This document shows positions 1-12,139 of a stretch of DNA of 32,883 bases, piece after piece (within the stretch, counting starts at the first letter, position 1; every line of letters starts with the position of its first letter). The stretch comes from Chiloscyllium plagiosum (lineage: Eukaryota). Position numbers and translations under genes: made by a program. The notes under the pieces were generated by a model. That model worked only from the letters and a program-made list of their open reading frames with translations, searched no databases and had not been told where the DNA came from. The stretch lies in the NCBI RefSeq assembly GCF_004010195.1, contig NW_025214430.1, positions 1 to 32,883 of the forward strand. The letters run 5' to 3'.

Positions 1-93
1 GGGTTGTACTTGGTGCAGGCGGTGTTCAGGGAGATGGTGTGGGAGTTCAGCGTACCCTCACAGCGGTCTCTGTCTGTCTGCGTCTCTCCACAG

Positions 94-168
94 AGGTGGC
101 TAGCGTCTGTACCTTCCTGGCCTCCGACGAGAGCAGCTACATCACTGGAGCCAGTCTGGAGGTGACAG
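94..168 (+). CDS. HSD17B8: Penultimate coding exon of 17-beta-hydroxysteroid dehydrogenase 8 (KE6, SDR family)
   Basis: 75-nt exon bounded by a pyrimidine-rich acceptor (ctctccacag, AG at 92-93) and donor GTAAG at 169. Encodes (E)VASVCTFLASDESSYITGASLEVT(G), matching the recalled HSD17B8 C-terminus [26 protein letters not shown]. Confidence 0.9.
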
Positions 169-283
169 GTAAGGGACTGCACCTGGATCCTGCCCACCTG
201 GGAGAGGGAGCGCGGAGAACCGCTGGGCAGAGTCATAGTCTGTGGAGACAGACCCTTCCTCCCAACCCGTCCATGCTGACCCT

Positions 284-430
284 TCATTAATCCTCTCCCA
301 TTTGCCATTAATCCTCCCTATTCATATACCCATCCAGATGCCTCTTAAATGCTGTAATTGTACCAACCTCCACCACTCCCTCTGGCAGCTCATTCCACAC
401 ACGTACCACCCTCTGTGTGAAAGGAAGGTA
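284..430 (-). mobile_element. CR1 LINE 3' fragment
   Basis: Minus-strand ORF contains FTQRVVRVWNELPEGVVEVGTITAFKRHLDGYM, the typical CR1 ORF2 C-terminus. Confidence 0.8.
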
Positions 431-469
431 ATTTTTAAATATGAAAACCTGTCCCTGGAGTTTCAGGTA

Positions 470-3400
470 TATTTTGGCAGCGGCTGAATCTTGAGACACT
501 ATACATGTAGAGTCTCCCACCTGCTCTTCCCCCCAACCAAAAAAAGGACTCTCGTAGGTGTTTCAATTGATATTTATTGTGTACCGTACGTTGAGTAGAA
601 GTTTACTATTAGTTGGTTAATTGAATAAGATGACCGAGAAATTATTTAACTCATAAATTTGTATAAAGTAATTAACTAAGCAGAGATGGCTGGTCAGGTG
701 ATGTGTTGTTGCTGTATGATGTGGGAGCTGGCTGATCCCATTGTGAAGGGCAGTGACCACATCTGCAGCAAGTGTTGGTTGCTGGGAGAGCTCCGGATCA
801 GAGTTGATGATCTGGAATCTGAGCTTCAAACACTGCGGCACATCCGGGAGGGGGAGAGTTACCTGGACGCTTTGTTTCAGGAGGCAGTCACACCAGGAAG
901 ATTAAGTAATTCACATCCAGTTAGTGATCAGGGACAACAGGGTGTGACTGTAAGTGAGGCAGGTAGGGGGAACCTGAGTTCAGGAGTGGAGGAGCCTCAG
1001 CCCTTGACCTTGTCCAACAGGTTATGAGATTCTTGCTCCCTGTACGGATGAGGAAAAGGGCTGTGGACAGGATGAGCCAGCTGACCATGGCACCATGTTA
1101 CAGAAGGCCATTCAGGAGAGGGGAGCAAACAGCCAGTAGTTGTTACAGGGGATTCTATAATTAGGGGGACAGATAGTATCCTATGCAAGCCGGATCGGGA
1201 GTCCCACATGGTGTGTTGCCTGCCCGGTGCCAGGGTGCGGGACATCTCCGACCGGATTGAAAGGATATTGGAGCGGGAGGGGGAGGATCCAGTTGTTGTG
1301 GTCCACGCTGGCACACACAACAGAGGCAAGGCTAGGGTGGAGGACCTGTTTGGGAGGTATCAAGCATTAGGAAGGAAATTGAAGAACAGGTCCTCGAGGG
1401 TCACAATCTCTGGATTACTGCCCGAGCCATGTGTGAGTTGGCAGGGGGATAAGATTACCAGGAAATAGATACGGCATGTCAGGAAGGCCAGGTCACGGTG
1501 ATCATGGGGGACTTCAATATGCAAATGGATTATGTTGCTGGTGGATCCAAAGAAAGGGAATTCATGGAATGCTTACAGGATGTTTTTTTTGGAACAGCTT
1601 GTGATGGAGTCCACAGGGGAGCAGGCTATACTGAACTTAATGCTATGTAATGAGCCAGACTTTATAAAAGATCTTAAAGTCAGGGAACAGTTAGGAAGCA
1701 GTGATCATAATATGGTAAAGTTCAGTCTGCAGTTTGAAAGAGAGAAGGCAAAATCGGATGTAATGGTGTTACAGTTAATAAAGGTAGCTACGAGGGCATG
1801 AGAGAGGAACTGACGAAAATTGACTGGAAGCAGAGCCTAGTGGGGAAGACAGTAGAGCAAAAATGGCAGGGGTTTCTGTGTAATTGAGGACACAGTACAG
1901 AGGTTCAGCCCAAAGAAAGATTATCCGGGGTGGGGGTGGGGGGAGATTAGACATCCATGGCTGACAAAGGAACTCAGGAAATGTGTCAAAGACAAAGAGA
2001 GGGCCTATAAGGTGGCGAAGAGCACTGGGAAATCAGAAGATTGGGAAGGCTACAAAATCAAACAGAGGATAACAAAGTGAGAAATAAGGAAGGAGAGGAT
2101 CAAATATGAAGGTAGGCTAGCCAGTAATGTTAGAAATGATAGTAAAAGTTTCTTTCAGTACATAAGATACAAACGAGAGGCAAAAGTAGAGATTGGGCCG
2201 CTCCAAGTTGATGCTGGGAGGCTCGTGCTGGGAGATAAGGAAATAGCTGAAGAATTTAATCCTGAAGAGTTGAAATACTTTGTATCAGTCTTCACAGTGG
2301 AAGACATGAGTAATATCCCAACAATTAAGGAAAATCAAGGGGCAGAGTTGATTATGGTAGCCATTACAAAAGAGAAAGTGCTAGAATTCTATGAAGAGGT
2401 AACAAGTAGGTTAGACCAGGGAAATCCAGTGGAGTGATCTATCTAGACTTCCAAAAGGCCTTTGATAAGGTGCCTCACGGGATGCTGCTGAGTTAGGTGA
2501 GGGCCCATGGTGTTCGGGGTGAGCTACTGGTATGGATTGAGGATTGGCTGTCTGACAGGAGGCAGAGAGTTGGGATAAAAGGTTCTTTTTCGGAATGGCA
2601 GCCGATGACAAGCGGTGTCCCGCAGCGTTCAGTGTTGGGGCCGCAGCTGTTCACATTATATATTAATGATCTGGATGAAGGGACTGGGGACACCCTGGTG
2701 AAGTTTGCCGATGATATGAAGTTAGGCGGACAGACAGACAGGCAGTACTGAGGAGGTGGGGAGGCTGCAGGAAAATGTAGACAGTTTGGGAGAGTGGTCC
2801 AGGAAATGGCTGATAAAACTCAGCGTGAGCAAATGCGAGGTCTTGCACTTTGGAAAAAGGAATACAGGCATGGACTACTTTCTAAACAGTGAGAAAATTC
2901 ATTAAGCCAAAGTACAAAGGGATCTGGGAGTGCTAGTCCAGGATTCTCTAAAGGTAAACATGCAGGTTGTGTCAGTGATTAAGAAAGCGAATGTAATATT
3001 GTCATTTATCTCAAGAGGGTTGGAATATAAAAGCAGCGATGTGCTACTGAGACTTTATAAAGCTCTGGTTAAGCCCCATTTAGAATACAGTGTCCAGTTT
3101 TGGGCCCCACACGTCAGGAAGGACATGCTGGCACTGGAGCGTGTCCAGCGGAGTTTCACACAGAACATATGATGAAAGGCTGAAGATGCTGGGATTGTAT
3201 TCATTAGAGTTTAGAAGGTTGAGGGGAGATCTAATAGAAACTTACAGGATAATGCATGGTTTGGAAAGGGTGGATGCTGGGAATTTGTTTCCGTTAGGTG
3301 GGGTACTAGGACCATGGGCACAGCCTCAGAATTAGAGGGGGTCAATTTAGAACGGAAATGAGGAGACATTTCTTCAGCCAGAGAGTGGTGGGCCTGAGGA

Positions 3401-3605
3401 ATTCATTGCCGCGGAGCACAGTGGAGGCCGGGATGTTAAATGTCTTCAAGGCAGAAATTGATAAATTCTTAATCTTGGAAGGAATTAAGGGAATACAGGG
3501 AGAATGCGGGTAAATGGCGTTGAAATGTCCATCAGCCATGATTGAATGGCGGAGTGGACTCGATGGGCCGAATGGCCTTACTTCCACTCCTTATGGTCTA
3601 ATGAC
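470..3605 (+). mobile_element. Near full-length, internally deleted and degenerate CR1 LINE
   Basis: ORF1 remnants run 686-1468: CxxC...CxxC zinc finger, leucine zipper LRIRVDDLESELQTL, SGNH esterase GDS / CLPGARVRD / VHAGTHN. ORF2 remnants include the APE motifs GDFN and SDHN, RT motifs [19 protein letters not shown] and KFADD, and C-terminal RRLRGDL. Many stops and frameshifts; deletions near 1468 and 2385. Confidence 0.92.
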
Positions 3606-3696
3606 TGAAAGGCACAGACAGCTGAGGCAGTCCCTTCCCACAATTCGCCAGGAAAAATGGCTTCCGATCCGGTGCAGCCAGCTGCTTACCACCGCA

Positions 3697-4195
3697 GAAA
3701 TTGCTGGAGAAATTCGGCAGGTCTGGCAGCATCCAGGGAGAGGATGCAGGGTCCGGTGACCCTTCCCCATAATGGGTAGTGGCCAGGCAGAGGTGACCTA
3801 TCTGCTGAAGACAGGGGCTGCTGGAGAGGGCTTAGTAACATTGAGACACACAAACCCCAATGGGAACCAAGCAGGAACTCCACCGTGCCAAGGTGGCTCA
3901 GTCGTGCCAACTCAGTGGGTTCCACCTCCAGTTTCCCACCTTCAAACTCCCCTCACCCCCCCCCCCCCCTCATCCCATATCCAGCCCTCCACCCCCTCCA
4001 CACCTCCCTGTCCATTTTCCTTCACAGCTCACTGACCAATCATGAGACCCACCCATCACCATCCCACCTCCCCTTCCCCCAGCCCCAGTCTCTTCCCTCC
4101 ATTTGTTTCTGAGCTGCCGTTCCCCCCCCATCCCCAGTTCCCGATGAAGGGTCCTAACCCAAAACCATGATTCTCCTGCCCCTCTGCTGTGCTTC
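3697..4195. mobile_element. Degenerate Penelope-like-derived shark repeat with inverted ends
   Basis: Left end gaaattgctggagaaattcggcaggtctggcagcatcc and right end ccgatgaagggtcctaacccaaaaccatgattctcctg resemble opposite orientations of the repeat at 25895-26674. Confidence 0.5.
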
Positions 4196-4197
4196 TC

Positions 4198-4512
4198 CCA
4201 GCACTGCTGCCTCACGGCGCCAGGGTCCCAGGTTCGATTCCCACCCTTGGGGCGACTGTCTATGTGGAGTTTGCACATTCTCCCCGTGTCTGTGTGGGTT
4301 TCCTCCAGGTGCTCCGGTTTCCTCCCACAGTCCAAAGATGTGCAGGTCAGGTGAATTGGCCATGCTAAATTGCCCATAGTGTCCAGGGATATGCACACTG
4401 GGGTGGTTTAGCCATGGGGAATGCAGCATTACAGGGGTAGGTCTGTGTGGGATGCTGTAGGAGGGTCGGTGTGAACTCGATGGCTGAATGGCCTGTGATA
4501 GGGATTCTGTGA
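4198..4512 (+). mobile_element. tRNA-derived V-SINE (HE1-like)
   Basis: B-box ggttcgattccc, core gtggagtttgcacattctccccgtg...gctccggtttcctcccacagtccaaagatgtgc, and a LINE-like 3' tail. Confidence 0.85.
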
Positions 4513-4619
4513 ATTATTGTGATTTCTTCAGTGTGTAATTGAGATAGGCACAGGCGATTATTGCTTGGTGTGGGAGAATATTCGTGGTGTATGTAGACTT
4601 TTGGTAAACTTCACCCTTT

Positions 4620-4815
4620 CATGGCATGTGGGTGTCACTGGCTCAGCCATCTTTCACTGGCCACCCCCTCAGAGCCCTGGGAGCTGGGCGGGTTGCTCAG
4701 CAGAGGGTCTGGAGTCCCGCGTAGGCCAGATCAGGTTAGGATAGCAGATTTCCTTCCCTGAACAGCACTAGTCAGCCAGATGGGCTTCGATAACAATAGT
4801 TTCATGCTATGGTCA
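4620..4815 (-). mobile_element. SINE fragment (SacSINE/DeuSINE-like)
   Basis: Similar to 12140-12421 (ggtctggagtc...ggatagcagatttccttccctgaa...cagatggg). Confidence 0.45.
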
Positions 4816-5009
4816 TCTGATATTCCTTAAATCTCCAAACTCTGTAGGGCTGTGTAATATCCTACAATACCCCAAAGGGGCAATGGGGATATATGACAAC
4901 ATCCTGTAAGAATTGCCACATAAGAAAGGGGGAATCACACCTCCAAAGGGTTTACTTGGCTATTCAGTAAGGTCATGGCTGAACTGTATATAGCCTTAAT
5001 TCCATTCTC

Positions 5010-5017
5010 TACACACA

Positions 5018-5058
<41 letters not shown>

Positions 5059-5480
5059 TCACTCACTCACTCACTCACTCACTCACTCACTCACTCACTC
5101 ACTCACTCACTCACTCACTCACTCACTCACTCACTCACTCACTCACTCACTCACTCACTCACTCACTCACTCACTCACTCACTCACTCACTCACTCACTC
5201 ACTCACTCACTCACTCACTCACTCACTCACTCACTCACTCACTCACTCACTCACTCACTCACTCACTCACTCACTCACTCACTCACTCACTCACTCACTC
5301 ACTCACTCACTCACTCACTCACTCACTCACTCACTCACTCACTCACTCACTCACTCACTCACTCACTCACTCACTCACTCACTCACTCACTCACTCACTC
5401 ACTCACTCACTCACTCACTCACTCACCCACTCACCCACTCACTCTCTGACCCACTCACTCTCTGACCCACTCACACTCTC
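5010..5480. repeat. (CA)n then (CACT)n microsatellite, ~95 tetramer units, running into a gap
   Basis: Read directly from the sequence. Confidence 0.98.
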
Positions 5481-6351
5481 NNNNNNNNNNNNNNNNNNNN
5501 NNNNNNNNNNNNNNNNNNNNNNNNNNNNNNNNNNNNNNNNNNNNNNNNNNNNNNNNNNNNNNNNNNNNNNNNNNNNNNNNNNNNNNNNNNNNNNNNNNNN
5601 NNNNNNNNNNNNNNNNNNNNNNNNNNNNNNNNNNNNNNNNNNNNNNNNNNNNNNNNNNNNNNNNNNNNNNNNNNNNNNNNNNNNNNNNNNNNNNNNNNNN
5701 NNNNNNNNNNNNNNNNNNNNNNNNNNNNNNNNNNNNNNNNNNNNNNNNNNNNNNNNNNNNNNNNNNNNNNNNNNNNNNNNNNNNNNNNNNNNNNNNNNNN
5801 NNNNNNNNNNNNNNNNNNNNNNNNNNNNNNNNNNNNNNNNNNNNNNNNNNNNNNNNNNNNNNNNNNNNNNNNNNNNNNNNNNNNNNNNNNNNNNNNNNNN
5901 NNNNNNNNNNNNNNNNNNNNNNNNNNNNNNNNNNNNNNNNNNNNNNNNNNNNNNNNNNNNNNNNNNNNNNNNNNNNNNNNNNNNNNNNNNNNNNNNNNNN
6001 NNNNNNNNNNNNNNNNNNNNNNNNNNNNNNNNNNNNNNNNNNNNNNNNNNNNNNNNNNNNNNNNNNNNNNNNNNNNNNNNNNNNNNNNNNNNNNNNNNNN
6101 NNNNNNNNNNNNNNNNNNNNNNNNNNNNNNNNNNNNNNNNNNNNNNNNNNNNNNNNNNNNNNNNNNNNNNNNNNNNNNNNNNNNNNNNNNNNNNNNNNNN
6201 NNNNNNNNNNNNNNNNNNNNNNNNNNNNNNNNNNNNNNNNNNNNNNNNNNNNNNNNNNNNNNNNNNNNNNNNNNNNNNNNNNNNNNNNNNNNNNNNNNNN
6301 NNNNNNNNNNNNNNNNNNNNNNNNNNNNNNNNNNNNNNNNNNNNNNNNNNN
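5481..6351. other. Assembly gap (N run)
   Basis: 871 Ns. Confidence 1.
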
Positions 6352-6793
6352 GGGTGAAGGAAAGGCTATGGGGGGGGTGGGTGGGGGAGGGAAAGGCTAT
6401 GGGCTTAGTCTGACCAACCGAGACCTGTTCCATGCAGAGTCCTGCCAACGCTGCTCAGGTTCAAAGGTCACCCTGAACCATTGAACAGGCGAAAAGCCAT
6501 CATTATTGCTGCGTGCAAAATAGTTCTGCCTCTTGGTTGCTCTTTGGTAACCACTGAATAGGATCCATTGTCTTTTAGCAGCAAGGTTCAAGTCTGCCCT
6601 GCCCAAGTGAACAGCAGCGACTTCCTGTGTCTGAGTTATTTTTAGCTTGTTTATATAGTCAAAGGCTGTATTATTACCTGCCTCTTCAAACTCCCTCTGG
6701 TTGAGTTGTTTTAACATTTCATTGACTGGCCTTGACCAGGGGCCTCCAGTAGAGGGTATCTCCATCCTGTGCTTACTGTACATTGCTCTCATG

Positions 6794-6970
6794 GTAAGGT
6801 CAAATCACCACGATTCCCTGTGGAACCACACCTTGGATGCGTGCAGAGGTAGAGATTAGATCAACTTTGATCTCCAGCATCTGCAGACCTCACTTTCTCA
6901 TTGTAAGGTCAAATCACCACGATTCCCTGTGGAACCACACCTTGGATGCGTGCAGAGGTAGAGATTAGAT
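6794..6970. repeat. 68-bp perfect direct duplication flanking a ~41-nt Penelope-repeat terminal fragment
   Basis: 6794-6861 equals 6903-6970. The spacer contains gatctccagcatctgcagacctcactttctc, the reverse complement of 25902-25932. Confidence 0.85.
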
Positions 6971-7252
6971 TCCCTACAGTGTGGAAACAGGCCGTTTGGC
7001 CCAACAAGTCCACACCGACCCTCGGACCCAGAGCCATTCCCCATCCCTATATTTACCCCTGACCAAAGCGCCTAACACTACGTCCAATCCACCCTGACCT
7101 GCACATCTTCAGACTGTGGGAGGAAACCAGAGCACCTGGAGGAAACCCACGCAGTCACGGGGAGAATGTGCAAACTCCACACAGACAGTCACCCGAGGCT
7201 GGAATCGAACATGGGACCCTGGTGCTGTGAGGCACTGAGCCACTGTGCCGTC
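6965..7252 (-). mobile_element. tRNA-derived V-SINE (HE1-like)
   Basis: Reverse complement of the same core as 4198-4512 (gactgtgggaggaaaccagagcacc...tgtgcaaactccacacagacagtc). Confidence 0.85.
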
Positions 7253-7489
7253 TTTTCGTGGTAACCCCCAGCCAGTGTGGGAATCGAACCCACATTGTGC
7301 ACACTGTTCCACTCTGTGTGGCATACCAGACCTCCAGCCAACTGTGCTAACCAATCCTGGCTGGCCATCAAGCTCAGAACTCTAATCCCACCTTCCCCCA
7401 ATATCCCTACATCCCTTTCACCACAAGAGCTGTCCCTTCCTCCTCCTCGAAAACGCAGTATTTCGCCCTCGCCGCTTTCTGCGTTTGGT

Positions 7490-8190
7490 GATTTCCACAG
7501 GCTCCCCACTCTTCAGCTGAGAAAGTTCTCATCTCGGTTCTGAAAGGTTTACCCCTTACTATGACCCCTGGTTCTGGACAGCCCCACCATCAGCAGTGTC
7601 CTTCCTGCATCTAACCTGCCTGGTCCTGTTAAGAGTTTGATAGGTTTCTAGGAGATCACCATCCCCCACCTCATTGTTCTGAACTCCAGTGAATACTATC
7701 CTAACCAACTCAAGCTCTTCTCGTATGTCTGTCCTGCCAGGCCAGAAATCAATCTGGGAAATCTTCGCTGCACATCTATAGCAAGAACACCCTTTTCCTC
7801 AGATAAGGAGACCAAAACTGCACACAATACTGCAGGTGTGGCCTCCCCAGTACAACTGCAGCAAGACATCCTCGCTCCTGTACTTGAAACCTCTTGCAGT
7901 GAAGGTCAACAGACAGTTTGCCTTCTCAACCGCACGCTTACTGTTAGCGACTGGTGCACAAGGACACCCAGGTCTATTTGAACATTGTCCCCCTCTCAAT
8001 TTACAGCCATTCAGATCATCATCTGCTTTCCTATGTGTGTGCTACTGAAGTGGATTACCTCACCTTTATCCACACTAATACTGTGTCCGCCACGCAATTG
8101 CTCCCTTGCTCAGCCCGTCCAAATCACACCACAGCCTCATTGCAGCTTATCCTATCGCCCATCTTTGTGGTATCTACAAACCCTGGCATG
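7490..8190 (-). mobile_element. CR1 LINE ORF2 3' fragment
   Basis: Minus-strand KANCLLTFTARGFKYRSEDVLLQLY. Confidence 0.8.
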
Positions 8191-8221
8191 TCATGTGCGG
8201 TTTTCACCTCTCACTTATCGG

Positions 8222-8399
8222 AGGACCAGGAGAATCGACGTTTTGGGCATAAGCCCTTCATCAGGAATTGCGTTCTGATGAAGGGCTTATGCCCGAAACG
8301 TTGATTTTCCTGCTCCCTGGATGCTGCCTGACCTGCTGTGCTTTCCCAGTAACACACTCTCGACTGTGATCTCCAGCATCTGCAGCCCTCACTGTCTCC
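8222..8399. mobile_element. Penelope-like terminal-repeat (pLTR) inverted pair with hammerhead-like motifs
   Basis: 8227-8267 and 8273-8312 are near-perfect inverted repeats. The + arm reads CTGATGA-a-GGGC-ttat-GCCC-GAAA-CGTT. Confidence 0.7.
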
Positions 8400-9782
8400 C
8401 GCTTGGCCCATTGAGTTTGCTGCACCATCCAGTCAAACCTGATGTTTCTCAACCTCATTCCCCTGCCTTCTCCCCGTAGTCCTTGATCCCCTTACCAATC
8501 ACGAACCTGTCTATCTCCGTCTTGAAGACACTCAGTGACTTGCCCTCCACGGCCCTCTGTGACAATGAGTCCCACAGATTCCCCACCCTCTGGCTGAGGA
8601 AATCCCTCCTCATCTCAGTTGTAAAGGGTCATTCCCCCTCTCTCTCTCTCTGAGGCTGTGCCCTCAGCTCCTAGTCTCTCCTACTCACGGAAACATCTTC
8701 TCCACATCCACTCTCTCCATGTCTCTCAGTAATCTCTCAGTTTCAATCAAAGCCCCCCCACCCCCTCCCATCTTAACTCCACTGAGTACAGACCCAGAGT
8801 CCCGAACCACTCCTTAGATGACAAGCCCTTCATCTTCTGGATCACTCATGTAAACCTCCTGTGGACCCCTTCCAAGGCCAGCACACGCTTCTCGAGATCC
8901 AGGGCCCAAAACCACTCACAATATTCCAAAGGCCTGATCAGATCAGGGCCTTCTACAGCCTCAGCAGTACCTCCCTGCTCTTGAATTCCAGCCCTGTTTC
9001 AGGACTCCCTTTCGGTTATAACAGGCATGTTCAGTTAGTCGCTTTGTGCTTCAGATTTCTGAAGTCTTTCTCTCTTTAGAAAATAGTCTACGTCTCTGTC
9101 CATCTGACAAAACCTCCGGCTGCATTGCCATAGTGTACTCCATCTGCCACTTCTTTGCCCACTCTCCCGGCCTGTGTGAGTCCTTCTGCAGCCCCCCCTG
9201 CTCCCTCTACACTGCCTGTCCGTCCACCTCTCTTTGTATCGTCCACAAACATAGCAGCAATGTCTTCAGCTCCTTTGTTCAGATCACTAATGCCCCCTGC
9301 ACTAGCCACTGGCTACCATCCTGAAAAAGGCCCCTTTCTCCCCATCCTCTGCCTTCTGCCAGCCAGCCAGCCAATCCTCTACCCATGCCAGTACCTTGCC
9401 CCTAACACCATGGGCTCCTAGCTTATTTAGCAGCTTCCAGTTCCCCACCTTGTCAAAGGCTTTCTGGAAATACAAATACATCGTGTCCACTAGCTCTCCT
9501 TTGTCTAATCTGCTCATTACCTCCTTGAAGAATTCTCACCGATCTGTCAGGCATGAGCTCCCCCTGACGAAGCCCTATTGTACCATATACTTCCAAATAC
9601 TCCGCAATCTCAACCTTAATAACGGACTCTGAAATCTCTCCAACAACCGAGGTCAGGCTAACCAGGCTATAGTTTCCTGTCTTCTGCCCCTCTCCCCTCT
9701 TCAACAAGGGTGTTACATTAACCATTTTCCAGTCCTCTGGCCCCACATCGACTCCACCAATCCCTAAAAGATTACCATCAAT
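8400..9782 (-). mobile_element. CR1 LINE ORF2/3'UTR fragment
   Basis: Minus-strand PEDWKMVNVTPLLK, GNYSLVSLTS, FQKAFDKV and MFVDDTK. Confidence 0.88.
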
Positions 9783-9789
9783 GCCCCTT

Positions 9790-10128
9790 CAGTCCCCTCA
9801 GCATCAGGAGCGGGAGAAGTCGACGTTTTGAATGTGACCCTTCCTCAGGATTGGGGGGGGTGGGTGTGGGGNNNNNNNNNNNNNNNNNNNNNNNNNNNNN
9901 NNNNNNNNNNNNNNNNNNNNNNNNNNNNNNNNNNNNNNNNNNNNNNNNNNNNNNNNNNNNNNNNNNNNNNNNNNNNNNNNNNNNNNNNNNNNNNNNNNNN
10001 NNNNNNNNNNNNNNNNNNNNNNNNNNNNNNNNNNNNNNNNNNNNNNNNNNNNNNNNNNNNNNNNNNNNNNNNNNNNNNNNNNNNNNNNNNNNNNNNNNNN
10101 NNNNNNNNNNNNNNNNNNNNNNNNNNNN

Positions 10129-10165
<37 letters not shown>

Positions 10166-10570
10166 GGTGTCCCGACAGGGTTTGCATCTTTCCTGGTTTC
10201 AAGGGAAGGTGGACCTGGGAATTCAGGGGTGTTTGGTGAGGAGAATGGCACAAACCAATGACTGTGGAAGGGTCCCTGTGGAAGGCAGAGAGGCGGGGGG
10301 GGGGATGTTCTTAGTGTTGGGGTCGGATTGGAGTTGGTGGAAGTGTTTGAGGATGATGGGTTAGATGCTGAGACTGGTGGGGTGGTAGGTGACGCCAAGG
10401 GGGACTCTCCTCCTTGCGTTGGGAGGGGGAGGGCTTTAGGGCCAATGGAATGGGGAATGGAGGTGATGTGACTGTCTGGATGATGGAGAGGGGAAAAACT
10501 CAGTGTTCAGTACAGGTGGGCATCTGGGGTGTTTGCGAGTGGAATGTCTCCTCGTCCGAGAGCATGTTAT
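9790..10570 (-). mobile_element. Degenerate Penelope-like element fragment with gap and poly-G
   Basis: A pLTR-like motif at 9800-9850. Minus-strand STFP*NQERCKPCRDT near 10165-10215 resembles the Cys-rich linker preceding the GIY-YIG domain of PLEs. N gap at 9872-10128. Confidence 0.55.
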
Positions 10571-10789
10571 CCCAGACTTCCCGTGTCGGCCATGGTTGCC
10601 TCCATCCTCACCCCACGATGCTGCTGCTGCTGCTGCTCCCTTGGGTTGGGTTTCTGTCCGATTTACTCCCAGAAACCCCTGCCATTGCTGCTCCACCATC
10701 TTCCCCTCTCGACTCCCCCTTCCAATCAACTCTGACCAGCTCCTCCCCTCATGTCTTTGTACTCTCTGTCCCAACACACTACCCCCAAC

Positions 10790-11730
10790 CCCATGTGCTT
10801 TAATTCCATGTGCTTTAATTTTACACATTAATATCTGATGCAGGACTTTGTCGAAAGCCTTCAGAACATCCAACTAAACCACATCCACTGCCTTCCTCCT
10901 GATCAACTCCACTAGTTACACCCTTAAAGAATGTCAGTCGATCTGTCAAGCATGATTTCCCTTTTGTCACCCCATGCTGCCTGTGTCTGATACTGTCACT
11001 AACGTGCTTGATAATGGAGACTGCCCGGCCTCACTGGTCTATAATTTCCTGTTTTCCCTCGACCTCTCTTTTTACATATTGAGGTGACACTAGCCACCCT
11101 CCGATCTGTAGGGACTGATCCAGAGCTGAAAGAATCTTGAAGGATGACCACCCCAAACGCACCCATTTTGAGGGCCCCTTCGTCACGTACTCCAGGAAGG
11201 AGGTTATCAGCCTTCCCTGTTACCATGTTCCCTAACACCATTTCCCTCGCTCCTCCTGCGCACGAAACCCAGTCTCGCCCATTACTTTGAGTACATTATT
11301 TGTGTCCTTCGTGAAAACAGGAGCGAAGTGTGAACTTAGTTTGTCGGCCGTGTCTTTGCTGCCCCTTATACATCCCACCTGTCAGGGGCCTATATTAATT
11401 TTCACTAATTTTGGTCTCTGTCTCTCATTTTCCCCTCTTGGTCCTCCTTTGCTGACTTTGACACTGTTCCCTGAACTGCTCAGGTCTGTTCTTCCCTGGT
11501 TTAATAAGCCTCGTTCCTGCACCTCATACTGTCTCTAACTTCTCTCGTAAGCTGTGGTTGTGCCAGACAGGAATGAACAATTGTTGCAGTTAACCCATTT
11601 GCTGTTTCCATGTTTGTCATTGCCTACCCACTGCCATCCCTTTCAGCGATGTTTCCCCAGTCAATCGTAGACAACTCAGGCCAAATACCATCGTCATTTT
11701 CCACAAGATTCAGGACCCTCGGCTCAGAAT
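10790..11730 (-). mobile_element. Degenerate CR1 LINE ORF2 fragment
   Basis: Minus-strand DVLKAFDKVLHQILMCKIKAHGI and VPTDRRVASVTSICKK...GNYRPV. Confidence 0.8.
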
Positions 11731-11732
11731 GT

Positions 11733-12000
11733 GGGCGGCACGGCGGCTCAGTGGTTAGCACTGCTGCCTCACGGCACCAGGGACCCGGGTTCGATCCCAG
11801 CCTCGTGGGACTGTCTGTGTGGAGTTTGCACATTCTCTACCCCCCCACCCCCCACCCCCCCCAGTTGGGTTTCCTCCGGGTGCTCCAGTTTCCTCCCACA
11901 ATCCAAAGATGTGCAGGCCCGGTGAATTGGCCGTGCTAAATAACCCATTGTATTAGGTGCATTAGTCAGAGGGAAATGTGTCTGGGTGGGTTACTCTTCC
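11733..12000 (+). mobile_element. tRNA-derived V-SINE (HE1-like)
   Basis: A-box ggcggctcagtggttagc, B-box gggttcgatccc, and V-core ctccagtttcctcccacaatccaaagatgtgc. Confidence 0.85.
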
Positions 12001-12139
12001 CGTAGCCTGTTTATCGGATATGTGGTCGACCCTTTTGTGCTGCCTTTGTCCCAGTTTCCCCCCCTTCCTCACGTACGTACGTACTGTCCCTGGCACAGTC
12101 TCACATGTGACAAAACTGAGTGACGTCGTTATTCATTCA

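Noticed and set aside
4975..6448. 460-aa and 325-aa ORFs
   Set aside because: Artefacts of the (CA)n/(CACT)n microsatellite and N-gap read-through.
9778..10398. Pro/Gly-rich ORFs
   Set aside because: Produced by the N gap and poly-G run.
11733..11805. tRNA gene
   Set aside because: The A/B boxes are the tRNA-derived head of a SINE and continue directly into the SINE core.
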